From Candidatus Brocadiia bacterium (GTDB taxonomy: Bacteria > Planctomycetota > PUPC01 > DSUN01): a stretch of 42,748 nucleotides of DNA. The translations under genes were made by a program, and so were the position numbers. The notes beneath the pieces are model-generated. The model had not been told where the DNA came from and ran no database searches. It saw only the letters and a list, made by a program, of their open reading frames with translations. This document shows, piece after piece, positions 1-8,858 of the stretch; position 1 is the stretch's first letter, and each line of letters begins with the position of its first letter. Location: NCBI GenBank assembly GCA_016782825.1, contig JADHXT010000001.1, positions 1 to 42,748 of the forward strand, in the 5' to 3' direction.

Positions 1-1111
1 ACTGCTCGGCGTAGGCCTCACGGGAGTAGCGGTCGGCCACCGTCTGGCGGGCGGCCGCGCCAAGGTGTGCGCGAAGTGTTGTGTCGTGGATGAGGCGGCG
101 CATGTGCTCCTTCCAGGCCGCCACGTCGAGAGGGAGGACGTAGCCGTTCTCCCCATGCGTCACCACGCGCTCGGCACCCGGCGCGTCCTGCACGACGGGG
201 GGGATGCCGCGGGCCATGGCCTCGAGGAGACTGAAGTTCAGGAACACCACGTCGGCGGGGAGGAGGAACACATCGGCGTCGTCCAGCCACCGGTCCGGCT
301 CGGCCGACCAGGGGTGAAGCTCGACGGGCACGTCCCGGCCCTCGACCATCTGCCGAAGGCGCGCTTGCTTGCCGGCGTCCAGAGCCGTGGCCGAGCGTTC
401 CTGGAGGCCCACGATGGTGAGCCGCACCGGGCCGTCGGCAGCGAGGCGCAGTTCGTCGCAGAGCTGGAGGAACGCCTCCAGCGCCACTTCGGGGTGGCGG
501 AAGTGCTTGATGGAGTTCAGGAAGAGGAAACGGCACCCGGTCTCGCGGTGCTCCCGCACGTGATGCGGGAGGTCCACCGCGTTGGCCAGGAACCAGGCTT
601 TCCTGGTGCCGAACTCTCTGAGCAGCGGCTCCATGTAGAGCTCGCGGTAGAGCACGTAGGGAGCCAGCTTGTAGGTCCAGCGGAAGGTGAGACGGCGCCG
701 GAGCGACATGCGCCCCGTCACATAGTTGTACTCCTCGCCACGGGCGATGAGGGCCACTGGCACGCGCGCCAGGCGGAGGATGAGCACCATCATCAGTGGC
801 AGTTCGGCGTAGGGATACACCTCGGCCAGATGGATGCGCCGCGTCAGCAGGATGCGCACCAGCAGATAGAGCGACGTGAGGCGGAACCACCAGGGGTGGC
901 AGACGAACAGCTCCACGTTGCCGAGCCCCTCGGCCAGCTCGCGCGAGCGCCCCATCGAGTCGGCGGTGAGCACCACGAAGCGGTAGCCGTAGGGCTTCAG
1001 GCCGGCAAACTGGTGGAGGTTCTTGCGGCGGATGGTGTTGATTCCGGCGACGAGGATCGTGCGGGTGGGCCTCGCATCGGCCGTGTCGGCTGTGGCTGCG
1101 GGCTTGCTCAC
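1..1111 (-). CDS. GT-B glycosyltransferase, family 4-like (3' end runs off the window start)
   Basis: Manual minus-strand translation from GTG at 1111..1109 stays open to base 1 (370 codons): VSKPAATADTADARPTRTILVAGINT...FLLPADVVFLNFSLLEAMARGIPPVVQDAPGAERVVTHGENGYVL. This is the C-terminal EAMA-G-PVV...ENG signature of retaining GT-B enzymes. It is absent from the ORF track because there is no in-window stop. The GTG overlaps the TGA of the upstream GT gene (GTGA at 1108-1111). Confidence 0.8.
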   Translation of the reverse strand, partial: MSKPAATADTADARPTRTILVAGINTIRRKNLHQFAGLKPYGYRFVVLTADSMGRSRELAEGLGNVELFVCHPWWFRLTSLYLLVRILLTRRIHLAEVYPYAELPLMMVLILRLARVPVALIARGEEYNYVTGRMSLRRRLTFRWTYKLAPYVLYRELYMEPLLREFGTRKAWFLANAVDLPHHVREHRETGCRFLFLNSIKHFRHPEVALEAFLQLCDELRLAADGPVRLTIVGLQERSATALDAGKQARLRQMVEGRDVPVELHPWSAEPDRWLDDADVFLLPADVVFLNFSLLEAMARGIPPVVQDAPGAERVVTHGENGYVLPLDVAAWKEHMRRLIHDTTLRAHLGAAARQTVADRYSREAYAEQ

Positions 1112-2268
1112 GTTGTCTTCCGTTCGTCGTGCGGCGGGCCCGAGGTCGTGCGTTCGCGGAGCAGGGCGCACAGTTCGCTCAAGAGCGGTCCCACGCCGTA
1201 TTGCTGGCGGATGCGCTGCCGCGCGGCCTGGCCGAAGGCGCGCCGTCGGTCCGTGTCCTGGAGCAGCGCGAGCACGGCTTCCGCCATCCGGGCCGCATTG
1301 CCACAGGGCACGAGGATGCCGGTCACGCCGTCCTCGATGATCTCGCTCGGCCCCGACGGGCAGCTTGTGGACACGGCAGGCAGCCCGAGGCCCTGGGCCT
1401 CGATGAGGGCGTTGGGCAGCCCCTCGTAATCGCTGGAGAGGACGAACAGGTCGCTGCGCGCCATCCAGGCGTAGGGGTTGGGCTGGAAGCCGGCCAGGAC
1501 GACGCAATCGGCCAGGCCGCGGTCGCGCACCAGGCGCTCGACGGCCCGTCGCTGGGGGCCATCGCCGCAGATGGCCAGCCGTGCGACCATCTGGCTGCGC
1601 ACGCGGGCAAATGCTTCGACGAGCACGTCGGGGCGCTTCTGCTGCGCGAGGCGCGCCACGGCGATCACCGTGGGGACGTCGGCGTCGGGCAGGTCCACGG
1701 GCTCGCGTGCCATGCGGTCGATCTGCTCGAAGTCCGTCGGGTTGCCGATCACGCGTAGCTTGTGGCGGGTGAAGGGGTACATCCGGACGAACGCGTCGGC
1801 CGAGCCCTGCGAATTGGCCAGGATGCGGTCGGCGTGGCGGTAGGCCTGTTGGCGGCGGGAGCTCTCGATCCAGTTAAGGCCGTGCTGTGGCTGGTTGGCC
1901 GTGCGGGCGATCCAGAAAGGCCGGGGCACCGTTGCCTTGTTCAGTGCAGCGTCCGTGATGGCGCTGCAATGCTCAAGGGCGCTGAGCACCACGTGGGGCC
2001 GGTGTTCGTGGAGCCAGGCCGCCAGCCGACGGGCGGCGCGTCCGAAGTGCCACCACCGGCGCTTGCCGAGGATCACGGGGTGGACATCGTCAGGGAGAGG
2101 ATACACCACCTCGTCGCGCAGCAGGGCGAGATGGGGCTCGAAGGAGGCACGGTCCAGATGCGCCAGGCACGTGCTGACGAAACGCTCCGCGCCGCCTCCA
2201 CTCAACGTGTCAACGACGAACAACACGCGGCGGCGCGCGGCGGGCACGGCTGTCCCCTCATCCGCCAA
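1108..2268 (-). CDS. Glycosyltransferase family 4
   Basis: ORF 1108..2685 (-) contains VLFVVDTLSGGGAERF (N-terminal GT4 motif) and SSDYEGLPNALIEAQGLGLPAVSTSCPSGPSEIIEDGVTGILV (E-x7-E region). The upstream ~140 aa look non-coding and overlap the divergent yjbQ region. The likely start is TTG at 2268 or GTG at 2226, so the start is uncertain. Confidence 0.85.
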   Translation of the reverse strand: MADEGTAVPAARRRVLFVVDTLSGGGAERFVSTCLAHLDRASFEPHLALLRDEVVYPLPDDVHPVILGKRRWWHFGRAARRLAAWLHEHRPHVVLSALEHCSAITDAALNKATVPRPFWIARTANQPQHGLNWIESSRRQQAYRHADRILANSQGSADAFVRMYPFTRHKLRVIGNPTDFEQIDRMAREPVDLPDADVPTVIAVARLAQQKRPDVLVEAFARVRSQMVARLAICGDGPQRRAVERLVRDRGLADCVVLAGFQPNPYAWMARSDLFVLSSDYEGLPNALIEAQGLGLPAVSTSCPSGPSEIIEDGVTGILVPCGNAARMAEAVLALLQDTDRRRAFGQAARQRIRQQYGVGPLLSELCALLRERTTSGPPHDERKTT

Positions 2269-2432
2269 CTCTCGCCTCCTGAGGTCCCAGCGGGGAGCGG
2301 TCGGGCGCCTGCCAGCCCCTCGACGCCCCGAGTCGGTGCTTCCTGCGTGAATCAAAGCAGTACAGTAGCGCGTCTGCTCCGGCAAGTCAAGGTCGTGTGG
2401 TGCCTTTCCTGGACGATGGCCGACCTCGCCGC

Positions 2433-2438
2433 TACAAT
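2433..2438 (+). promoter_or_regulatory. Possible sigma70-type -10 (TACAAT), with TGGACG 17 nt upstream (2410-2415), for yjbQ
   Basis: TGGACG-17 nt-TACAAT read directly. AGGAGG lies 6 nt before the ATG at 2504. Confidence 0.25.
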
Positions 2439-2503
2439 GAATGTTTCTCCATCCCGACCTCGGCCGCGGGGTCGCACGACCCAGCCGCTCCAGGAGGACC
2501 TCG

Positions 2504-2899
2504 ATGCAGGAACTCGCCGTTCCCACCCGCTCCCGCGTGCAGCTTGTGGACATCACGTCGCACGTGCAGGCCGCCGTCGCGCAGGAAGGCATCACCGACG
2601 GTGTATGCCACGTCGCCGTGCCGCACACCACCGCCGGCGTGACCCTCAACGAGAACGCCGACCCCGACGTGACCGCAGACATCATCGCCGTGCTCGATGG
2701 GCTAGTGCCGCGCCGCGACGACTACCGCCACGTGGAGGGCAACTCCGACTCCCACGTGAAAGCCAGCCTGATGGGCTTCACGGCCACCATCCCCGTCGCC
2801 GGCGGCCGCCTGGTGCTCGGCACGTGGCAGGCGGTGTACTTCTGCGAGTTCGACGGCCCGCGCCGCCGCCGCTGCCTCGTCACGGCCGTGGGCAAGTAG
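2504..2899 (+). CDS. YjbQ/UPF0047 family protein (secondary thiamine-phosphate synthase-like)
   Basis: MQELAVPTRSRVQLVDITSHVQAAV...GVCHVAVPHTTAGVTLNENADPDV...GNSDSHVKASLMG...GTWQAVYFCEFDGPRRR is the typical YjbQ signature. The internal ATG at 2504 is preceded by AGGAGG. Confidence 0.85.
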   Translation: MQELAVPTRSRVQLVDITSHVQAAVAQEGITDGVCHVAVPHTTAGVTLNENADPDVTADIIAVLDGLVPRRDDYRHVEGNSDSHVKASLMGFTATIPVAGGRLVLGTWQAVYFCEFDGPRRRRCLVTAVGK

Positions 2900-2926
2900 A
2901 CGCCGCCCCTTCCCTCAACGGCCATC

Positions 2927-2955
2927 TTGAACCTGCCGCCCCCATGCCCTATAAT
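2927..2955 (+). promoter_or_regulatory. Putative sigma70 promoter of dnaJ (TTGAAC-17-TATAAT)
   Basis: -35 TTGAAC at 2927-2932 and -10 TATAAT at 2950-2955, with a 17-nt spacer. AAGGAG at 2972-2977 lies upstream of the ATG at 2991. Confidence 0.35.
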
Positions 2956-2990
2956 AGCTCCATCTGCGAACAAGGAGCCACACCACCGCC

Positions 2991-4091
2991 ATGCCCGATG
3001 TAGACTACTACAAGGTCCTCGGCGTCAAGAAGAAGGCGTCGAAGGACGACGTCAGCCGCGCCTTCCGCCAGTTGGCCAAGAAATACCACCCCGACCGGAA
3101 CCCCGGCGACAAGGCGGCCGAGAAGCGCTTCAAGGAGCTCTCCGCCGCCTACGAGGTGCTGAGCGACGCCAAGAAACGCCGCCAGTACGACCAGCTCCGC
3201 GAGGCGCAAGCCCATGGATACCAGACCGGCGACTTCGGCGATTTCGCGGACTTTTTCCGGCAGGCCGCAGGGCAGGGCGGCGGGCGACCCGGCGGCCAGG
3301 GGCAGGGCGGCTTCGGCGATATCTTCTCCAACCTCTTCGGCGGCGGGGGCGCGGCCTCGGCGGCACCTCAGCGCGGCGAAGACATCCTCCGCAAGATCGA
3401 CATCCCTTTCCACACCGCCGTCGAAGGCGGCACGATCAGCGTCCCCCATCCCCACATGGAAACGTGTGCCACCTGCGGCGGAACGGGCGCCCGGCCCGGC
3501 ACCACGGCCAAGACGTGCGTGACCTGCGGCGGACGCGGCAGCGTGCAAACCGCGCAGGGCGCCTTCGCCTTCTCCCGTCCCTGTCCCGACTGCCTGGGCC
3601 GCGGCCAGCGCGTGGACAGCCCCTGTCGCGCCTGTCGCGGGCGCGGCGTGAAAGAGCACACCCGCAACATCTCCGTCAAGGTGCCCAAGGGCGTGCGCGA
3701 CGGCACCAAGCTGCGCTTCAGCCGCGAAGGCAAGCCCGGCTCCCACGGCGGCCCGCCCGGCGACCTCTACCTCCAGATTCACGTGCAGCCCCACGCGTCC
3801 TTCCGGCGCGAGGACAACCATATCCACTCCACCGTGCCACTCAACATCGTGCAGGCCACCCTCGGCGCCACCGTGCCCGTGCAGACCGTGGATGGGAAAG
3901 TGGACCTGACCATCCCTCCGGGCACCGCCAGCGGCGCCAAGCTCCGCCTCCGCAGCAAAGGGATGACCACCCCCAGCGGCACGCGCGGCGACCACTTCGT
4001 CACCGTCAAGATCGTCACGCCCAGAAACCTCACCGACAAGCAGGCCGAGCTGCTCCGCCAGTTGGCCCGCGACGCCGGCCTCAAGACCTGA
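2991..4091 (+). CDS. dnaJ: Molecular chaperone DnaJ (type I: J domain, G/F region, four CxxCxGxG zinc-finger repeats)
   Basis: DYYKVLGV...YHPDRNPGD (HPD motif). The G/F-rich linker is [17 protein letters not shown]. The zinc-finger repeats are [24 protein letters not shown] and CRACRGRG. No dnaK or grpE is adjacent. Confidence 0.93.
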   Translation: MPDVDYYKVLGVKKKASKDDVSRAFRQLAKKYHPDRNPGDKAAEKRFKELSAAYEVLSDAKKRRQYDQLREAQAHGYQTGDFGDFADFFRQAAGQGGGRPGGQGQGGFGDIFSNLFGGGGAASAAPQRGEDILRKIDIPFHTAVEGGTISVPHPHMETCATCGGTGARPGTTAKTCVTCGGRGSVQTAQGAFAFSRPCPDCLGRGQRVDSPCRACRGRGVKEHTRNISVKVPKGVRDGTKLRFSREGKPGSHGGPPGDLYLQIHVQPHASFRREDNHIHSTVPLNIVQATLGATVPVQTVDGKVDLTIPPGTASGAKLRLRSKGMTTPSGTRGDHFVTVKIVTPRNLTDKQAELLRQLARDAGLKT

Positions 4092-4150
4092 CCCTCCCTC
4101 GTTTGCTTCCTGCGCGTTACCCCCTTGAATCGGCAGAGAGGAGCACGTCG

Positions 4151-5194
4151 ATGGCGAAGTACCGGTCTTGCCTTCTGGGCTGTGGGCCGCGGGCGAAAGA
4201 GCACATGGCCGCCTACGCCGGCATCGAAGAGATGGCGATGGTGGCCGTGTGCGACCGCATCGCCGAGCGGCGCGACGAGTTTCGGCAGCTCTACGGCGTG
4301 GCGAAAGCCTACGACGGCTACGAGGCCATGCTCGCCGCCGAACAGCCCGACGTGGTGCACGTGGTCACCCCGCCGGGCCACCGTCTGTGGGAGTGCGAGA
4401 CGGCGGTGAAGGCCGGCGTGAAGGCGATCATCGTGGAGAAGCCCATGGCCGTGCTGCCGTCCACCCTCGACGGCTTGGCCAAGCTGCGCGCCTCCACCGA
4501 CTGCGAGATCATCGTCAACTGCCAGCGCCGCTACTTCCCGCAGTTCCGCGACGGCACCATCGCCCGCATCGTGCGCAACGAGCTGGGCCGCGTGTACTGC
4601 GTGCGTGCCTCCACCAAGGGCAACATCATGGGCATGGGCCCCCACCTGATGGACCTGCTGATGCTCTTTCTGGGTGAGGCGCAGCCCGAGGCCGTGTGGG
4701 CCATGGCGAGCGACTACCATGAGGAGAGCTACTTCGCCTCGCACCGCGCGCCGGAGCACGTGCTGGCCGAGTATTGGTTCCCCGACGGCCTCCGTGCGTT
4801 TTTCGATTGCGACACCGATGCCCTCGGCACGCCCGGCGAAGAGAGCTTCTGGATGCATCTGCACTTCGACTTCCTGGGCACCGAGGGCTGGCTGCACCTC
4901 ACCCAGAACGGGGGCTACTGGTACCAGCGTCACGGCATGGCCGAGCCAGTGCGAGGGGAGAGCAGTTGGGACCACCAGCAGCTCGGCGGGCAGCGCGACT
5001 TCACCCGCGCCGTGGCCGAGTGGCTGGACGGCGGGCCGGAGCATCTCAACCGCTTCGCCGTGAGCGCGGCCGTGGTGCGGGCGCTCTTCGGCGCCTACAA
5101 GTCGGCCCTGGTCGGCCGGCGCGTGGACCTGCCGGCGACGCTCACGGATGCCGAGTGGCACGAGCTGATGGAGCGCGTCCGCAAGCCGCAGTGA
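4151..5194 (+). CDS. Gfo/Idh/MocA family oxidoreductase
   Basis: MAKYRSCLLGCGPRAKEHMAAYAGIEEMAMVAVCDR...DVVHVVTPPGHR...AIIVEKPMA is a Rossmann N-terminus typical of the family. The ATG at 4151 is preceded by GAGGAG. The upstream part of track ORF 2927..5194 is read-through over dnaJ. Confidence 0.85.
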   Translation: MAKYRSCLLGCGPRAKEHMAAYAGIEEMAMVAVCDRIAERRDEFRQLYGVAKAYDGYEAMLAAEQPDVVHVVTPPGHRLWECETAVKAGVKAIIVEKPMAVLPSTLDGLAKLRASTDCEIIVNCQRRYFPQFRDGTIARIVRNELGRVYCVRASTKGNIMGMGPHLMDLLMLFLGEAQPEAVWAMASDYHEESYFASHRAPEHVLAEYWFPDGLRAFFDCDTDALGTPGEESFWMHLHFDFLGTEGWLHLTQNGGYWYQRHGMAEPVRGESSWDHQQLGGQRDFTRAVAEWLDGGPEHLNRFAVSAAVVRALFGAYKSALVGRRVDLPATLTDAEWHELMERVRKPQ

Positions 5195-5205
5195 GGGACA
5201 TCATC

Positions 5206-5233
5206 TTGCGATTTGCGATTGCCGATTTGCGAT
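5206..5233. repeat. Four tandem heptamers TTGCGAT/TTGCGAT/TGCCGAT/TTGCGAT, 12 nt after the oxidoreductase stop
   Basis: Read directly: ttgcgat ttgcgat tgccgat ttgcgat. Confidence 0.9.
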
Positions 5234-5245
5234 CCTTCAGCTTCC

Positions 5246-5504
5246 GTAACACTTCAGCCAACTGAAGATCCAGAGCGCCTCACGCTGGAAACAGCGGCTT
5301 CCGACGCCAGGGCGGCATCCGTTCCTGGTCATTCCGAGCGAAGTCGAGGAATCTGGCTGAGCGCAGCGCGGCGCCCGAGGGTGGCCGCTGGGTCCATCTG
5401 TAGCCAGATTCCTCGGCTTCGGCCATCGGGAGACGGCCTCCGCTCGGAATGACCCGATTCTGCTGCCGTCCCGCCTCCAAGCCCTCATTTGGCTGAAGTG
5501 TTAC
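5246..5504. repeat. Non-coding nested inverted-repeat element (MITE/REP-like), ~259 bp
   Basis: The outer arms are perfect 16-bp repeats: GTAACACTTCAGCCAA (5246-5261) and TTGGCTGAAGTGTTAC (5489-5504). The inner perfect arms are GTCATTCCGAGCG (5328-5340) with CGCTCGGAATGAC (5441-5453), and CGAGGAATCTGGCT (5345-5358) with AGCCAGATTCCTCG (5402-5415). There is no ORF with protein-like composition. Confidence 0.8.
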
Positions 5505-5582
5505 CAGCTTCTTTCTCTGCTGCCTCGGCTTCCCTCTGCTCTCTCTGCGTGAGATCCCGTGTTCGTGGGCCTGTGGGGCGGG

Positions 5583-7103
5583 CTAGTCGGACTTGAGCAC
5601 CACGTAGCGGGTGGCGCCGTCGCGGCTGCGCACGAGGAGCAACATGCCCTTGGCGAGGTCGGCGCCGGCGACGGCCTGCTGGAAGTCGCGAAGCGAGGCC
5701 ACGGGCTTGCGGGCCACCTCCTGGATGAGGTCGCCGTCGCCGAGGGGCGTGGGCTTGGCACGGGCGGCGGGGCCCTGCGGATTCACCTGGATGACCACCA
5801 CGCCCTTCTCGCCCTTGTAGCCGAGCTGCTCGGCGAGCTCCGGCGTGAGCTCCTGCACGGCCATGCCCAGCTTCTGCTCCACGGCGCCCCGGGGGGCCAT
5901 GCGCACGCTGGCCAGGTCCTTGGGCTGCTCGGTGAGTTTCACCTGGAGTGTGAGGGTCTTCTGGCCGCGGAGCACCTTGACGGGCACCGTGGCTCCCACG
6001 TCGGCGTCGGCCACGAGAAAGCGGAACTTCTCCACGTCGGTGACCTTCTTGCCGTCGAACTCGAGGATGATGTCGCCGGCCCTGATCTTGGCCTCGGCAG
6101 CGGGATGGCCGGGGAACACGGCGCTCACCTGGATGCCGCCGTCGATCTTGAGGTGCTTCTTCACCTCGGGATCGAGCACGTCGATGCCGATGCCGAGCCA
6201 GGCGCGAGTGATGGTGCCCTTGGTCAGCAGCTCGTCCATGATCACGCGGCTCATGTTGATGGGCACGGCCATGCCGATGCCGCTGAAGGTGCCGCTGCGG
6301 GTGAAGATCATGGTGTTGATGCCGATGACCTCGCCGTTCAGGTTGATCAGCGGGCCGCCGCTGTTGCCGGGGTTGATGGCGGCGTCGGTCTGGATATAGT
6401 TTTCATACTTGCCCGTGCCGCGCTGGATGCCGGTGCGGCCCTTGGCGCTGATGTGGCCGATGGTGACGGTCTGGTCGAGGCCGAAGGGGCTGCCGACGGC
6501 GAGGCACATCTCGCCGGGCTGGACGATCTCGGAGTTGCCGAGCTTGAGGGGCGCGAGGTCGGGGCCGGTGATCTCGACCACGGCCACGTCGGTCTTCGGG
6601 TCGGAGCCGCGCAGGGTGGCGTCGAACTGGCGGCCGTCGACGGTGCGCACCTTCAACTCGTCCTGGCCGCTGGCCACGTGGGCGTTGGTGAGGATGATGG
6701 CCTTCTTCGTCTTCGCGTCGTAGCTCACGATCACGCCAGAGCCCTGGCCGCGCTGGCGAAACTCACCGCGCGGCGCCCGCGGGACCATGCCGTGGGGTGT
6801 GCCGCCATTGGGCGGGCCGAAACGCTCGAAGAACTCGCGGAACGGGTCGAAGCCGCGCTGCTCGCTCAGGCGCACGATCTTCGTGGTGACGATGGTCACC
6901 ACGCTGGGCTTCACCCGCGCCGCCAGCGCCGCGAGGGCATGGCTCTGCTTGCGCAGCTTGCCCAGCTCCTTCTCCACTTCGGCGGGGGCCATGGCGGGGG
7001 CCGCGGGCAGGCGGCTCACGGCGTCGAGCGACACCGAGATGCCCAGCCCGACCACGACGCCCATCAGAAGGCACAGGAGTGCAGAGAATCGGGAACGCCA
7101 CAT
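5583..7103 (-). CDS. htrA: HtrA/DegP/DegQ-family periplasmic serine endoprotease with two PDZ domains (intact triad)
   Basis: GSGVIVSYD...ILTNAHVA (His), DPKTDVAVVEI (Asp), TDAAINPGNSGGPLINLNGEVIGINT (Ser), followed by two PDZ-like regions. I prefer the ATG at 7103 (MWRSRFSALLCLLMGVVVG, a signal or anchor), which is preceded by AAGGAG 7 nt upstream. The track start at 7190 is a GTG. Confidence 0.9.
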   Translation of the reverse strand: MWRSRFSALLCLLMGVVVGLGISVSLDAVSRLPAAPAMAPAEVEKELGKLRKQSHALAALAARVKPSVVTIVTTKIVRLSEQRGFDPFREFFERFGPPNGGTPHGMVPRAPRGEFRQRGQGSGVIVSYDAKTKKAIILTNAHVASGQDELKVRTVDGRQFDATLRGSDPKTDVAVVEITGPDLAPLKLGNSEIVQPGEMCLAVGSPFGLDQTVTIGHISAKGRTGIQRGTGKYENYIQTDAAINPGNSGGPLINLNGEVIGINTMIFTRSGTFSGIGMAVPINMSRVIMDELLTKGTITRAWLGIGIDVLDPEVKKHLKIDGGIQVSAVFPGHPAAEAKIRAGDIILEFDGKKVTDVEKFRFLVADADVGATVPVKVLRGQKTLTLQVKLTEQPKDLASVRMAPRGAVEQKLGMAVQELTPELAEQLGYKGEKGVVVIQVNPQGPAARAKPTPLGDGDLIQEVARKPVASLRDFQQAVAGADLAKGMLLLVRSRDGATRYVVLKSD

Positions 7104-7186
7104 GTGGGGTCTCCTTTGCATCGGTGCATGCGGGTTGGGAAGTGACGGGGAGCCCGTCAGCGTCTCTCTCTTCGACGATATCCCAT

Positions 7187-8704
7187 TCACCGAGGCAAGT
7201 CAAGGACGAGGTAGCGTGCCCCCTCCTTGCCGCGCACGAGCAGGATGATGGCCTTGGTGTTGGCCTTGCGGGCGGCTTCCAGGGCCGCCTTGGCGTCGGC
7301 CAGGGTCGTGACCGGCTTGCGGTCGATTTCCTTGATCAGGTCGCCGCGCTGGATGGGCGCGGGGCGTGCCTTGGCCGCGGGCGAGTCGTCGGCCACGGCG
7401 GTGACCACGAGGCCCTTGTCGCCGCCAAAGCCGAAGGCGGTCGCGAGGTCGGGCGTAAGCTCCTGCACCGTGAGGCCGGGGAGCAGTTGCTCGCCGGCGG
7501 CTGCGGCTGGAGCCGGGGCCTTGGGTTGATCGGGCTTGGGCTCCGCCTCGCGTGGGGCGAGGGGGCCGAGGGTGCCCGGCTGCTGGCCGAGGGTGATCTC
7601 GAGGATTTCCTCCTGGCCGCCGCGGAGCACCTTGACGGCCGCCCTGTCGCCCGGCTTCTTGGCTGCGACCATGCCGCGGAAGGCGCCGACGTCGGGCACC
7701 TTCTTGCCGTCGAACTCGAGGATGACGTCGCCGTCCAGGAGGCCGGCATTGGCGGCCGGCTGGCCGGGCAGGGGGCGCGCGATGCGCACGCCCGCGCCGC
7801 CTTCGGGCGGGCGGGGGTCGAGGTGTACGCCGAGCCAGCCGCGGGCCACCTTGCCGCCACGGGCGAGCTGGTCGAGGGTGTCGCGGAGCGTGGCGATGGG
7901 CAGCACGGCGGCGAGCTGGCGCCCGCCGTTGCCCTGCGGTGCTGCGGGGAGGGCCATGCCCACCACGTGGCCGTCGAGATTCACCACCGGGCCGCCGCTG
8001 GAGCCGGCGGGCACGAGTGCGTCGGTGAGCAGCACCTGCGTGGGTTCGAGCGCGCCGGGCCCTGGCCTGTGCTTGGCGCTCACGATGCCGATGGTGATCG
8101 CGCCGCCTGATTGGGGGCCGCCGAGAGCGACCACCCAGTCGCCCACTTGCGTGGCATCGGCCTTGGCAGGCCTGGCCGCGGCGAGCTTCTCGCCCTGCAC
8201 TTCGAGGCAGGCGAGGCCGGTGAGGCGGTCGGTGCCCAGCACCTTGGCCTTCAGCTCGCGCCCGTCGGCGAGCCGCACGGTGGCCTCCCGGGCGTCGCCG
8301 ACGGCCTGCTGAGGCGCGGCGATGAGGGCGCGGTCGCCATCCACCGAGGCGATGAACCCGGCGGAGCGCCGGCGGCCCATGAAGTCCTGGCCATCGAAGC
8401 GCCGCATAAAGGGCATCTGGCGGAGCTGGTCTTCCATGCCCTCGGGCATCTCCATGCCCGGCGGCAAGCGGAAGTCCCACCGCCACTGCCGCTGTTGTCC
8501 CTTGCCCTCGGGGGCGGGGATGACGAAGGGCTGGCCGGGCCGCCCGTGCGCGCGTCCTGTGGCCACCACGTCCACCACGGAGGCCCGTGCGGCGGCTGCG
8601 GCCGCGCGAATGGCTTCGCCGATAGGGCGTTCGCCTCCTCGCGCCCACGTGCCGAGCACGAGCAGACACACGAGTGACGTGCCGAGGAGCATACGTCGCA
8701 ACAT
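7187..8704 (-). CDS. HtrA-family paralog with two PDZ domains and a degenerate catalytic triad (probable pseudoprotease)
   Basis: It has a signal peptide (MLRRMLLGTSLVCLLVLGTWA), a trypsin-like core and two PDZ domains. Column-by-column alignment with the DegP core puts ALIAAPQQAVGDA where TNNHVVDNA is expected (His->Gln). It puts GTDRLTGLACLEV where GKDPRSDIALIQI is expected (Asp->Gly). Ser is retained (VPAGSSGGPVVNLDG). GGAGG lies 7 nt before the ATG at 8704. Confidence 0.8.
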   Translation of the reverse strand: MLRRMLLGTSLVCLLVLGTWARGGERPIGEAIRAAAAAARASVVDVVATGRAHGRPGQPFVIPAPEGKGQQRQWRWDFRLPPGMEMPEGMEDQLRQMPFMRRFDGQDFMGRRRSAGFIASVDGDRALIAAPQQAVGDAREATVRLADGRELKAKVLGTDRLTGLACLEVQGEKLAAARPAKADATQVGDWVVALGGPQSGGAITIGIVSAKHRPGPGALEPTQVLLTDALVPAGSSGGPVVNLDGHVVGMALPAAPQGNGGRQLAAVLPIATLRDTLDQLARGGKVARGWLGVHLDPRPPEGGAGVRIARPLPGQPAANAGLLDGDVILEFDGKKVPDVGAFRGMVAAKKPGDRAAVKVLRGGQEEILEITLGQQPGTLGPLAPREAEPKPDQPKAPAPAAAAGEQLLPGLTVQELTPDLATAFGFGGDKGLVVTAVADDSPAAKARPAPIQRGDLIKEIDRKPVTTLADAKAALEAARKANTKAIILLVRGKEGARYLVLDLPR

Positions 8705-8858
8705 GCTGTACCTCCTGAGCCGCTGGGGTCAGCCGGCGTCGAGAGCCGGACGGATTCTGCCGCCGCTTGTCGAACGGCGGCCCGTCCTATTGGTCGTGCG
8801 AGGGGGCTGGACCCTTCAACCGCGGTTACATCGTTTTACAAGCCGACGCCAAGCGGCA

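Noticed and set aside
2927-4150. N-terminal 408 aa of track ORF 2927..5194, which would make a 755-aa protein.
   Set aside because: This part is an Arg/Pro-rich read-through in an alternative frame across dnaJ. The real oxidoreductase begins at the ATG at 4151, with its own RBS and a Rossmann N terminus.
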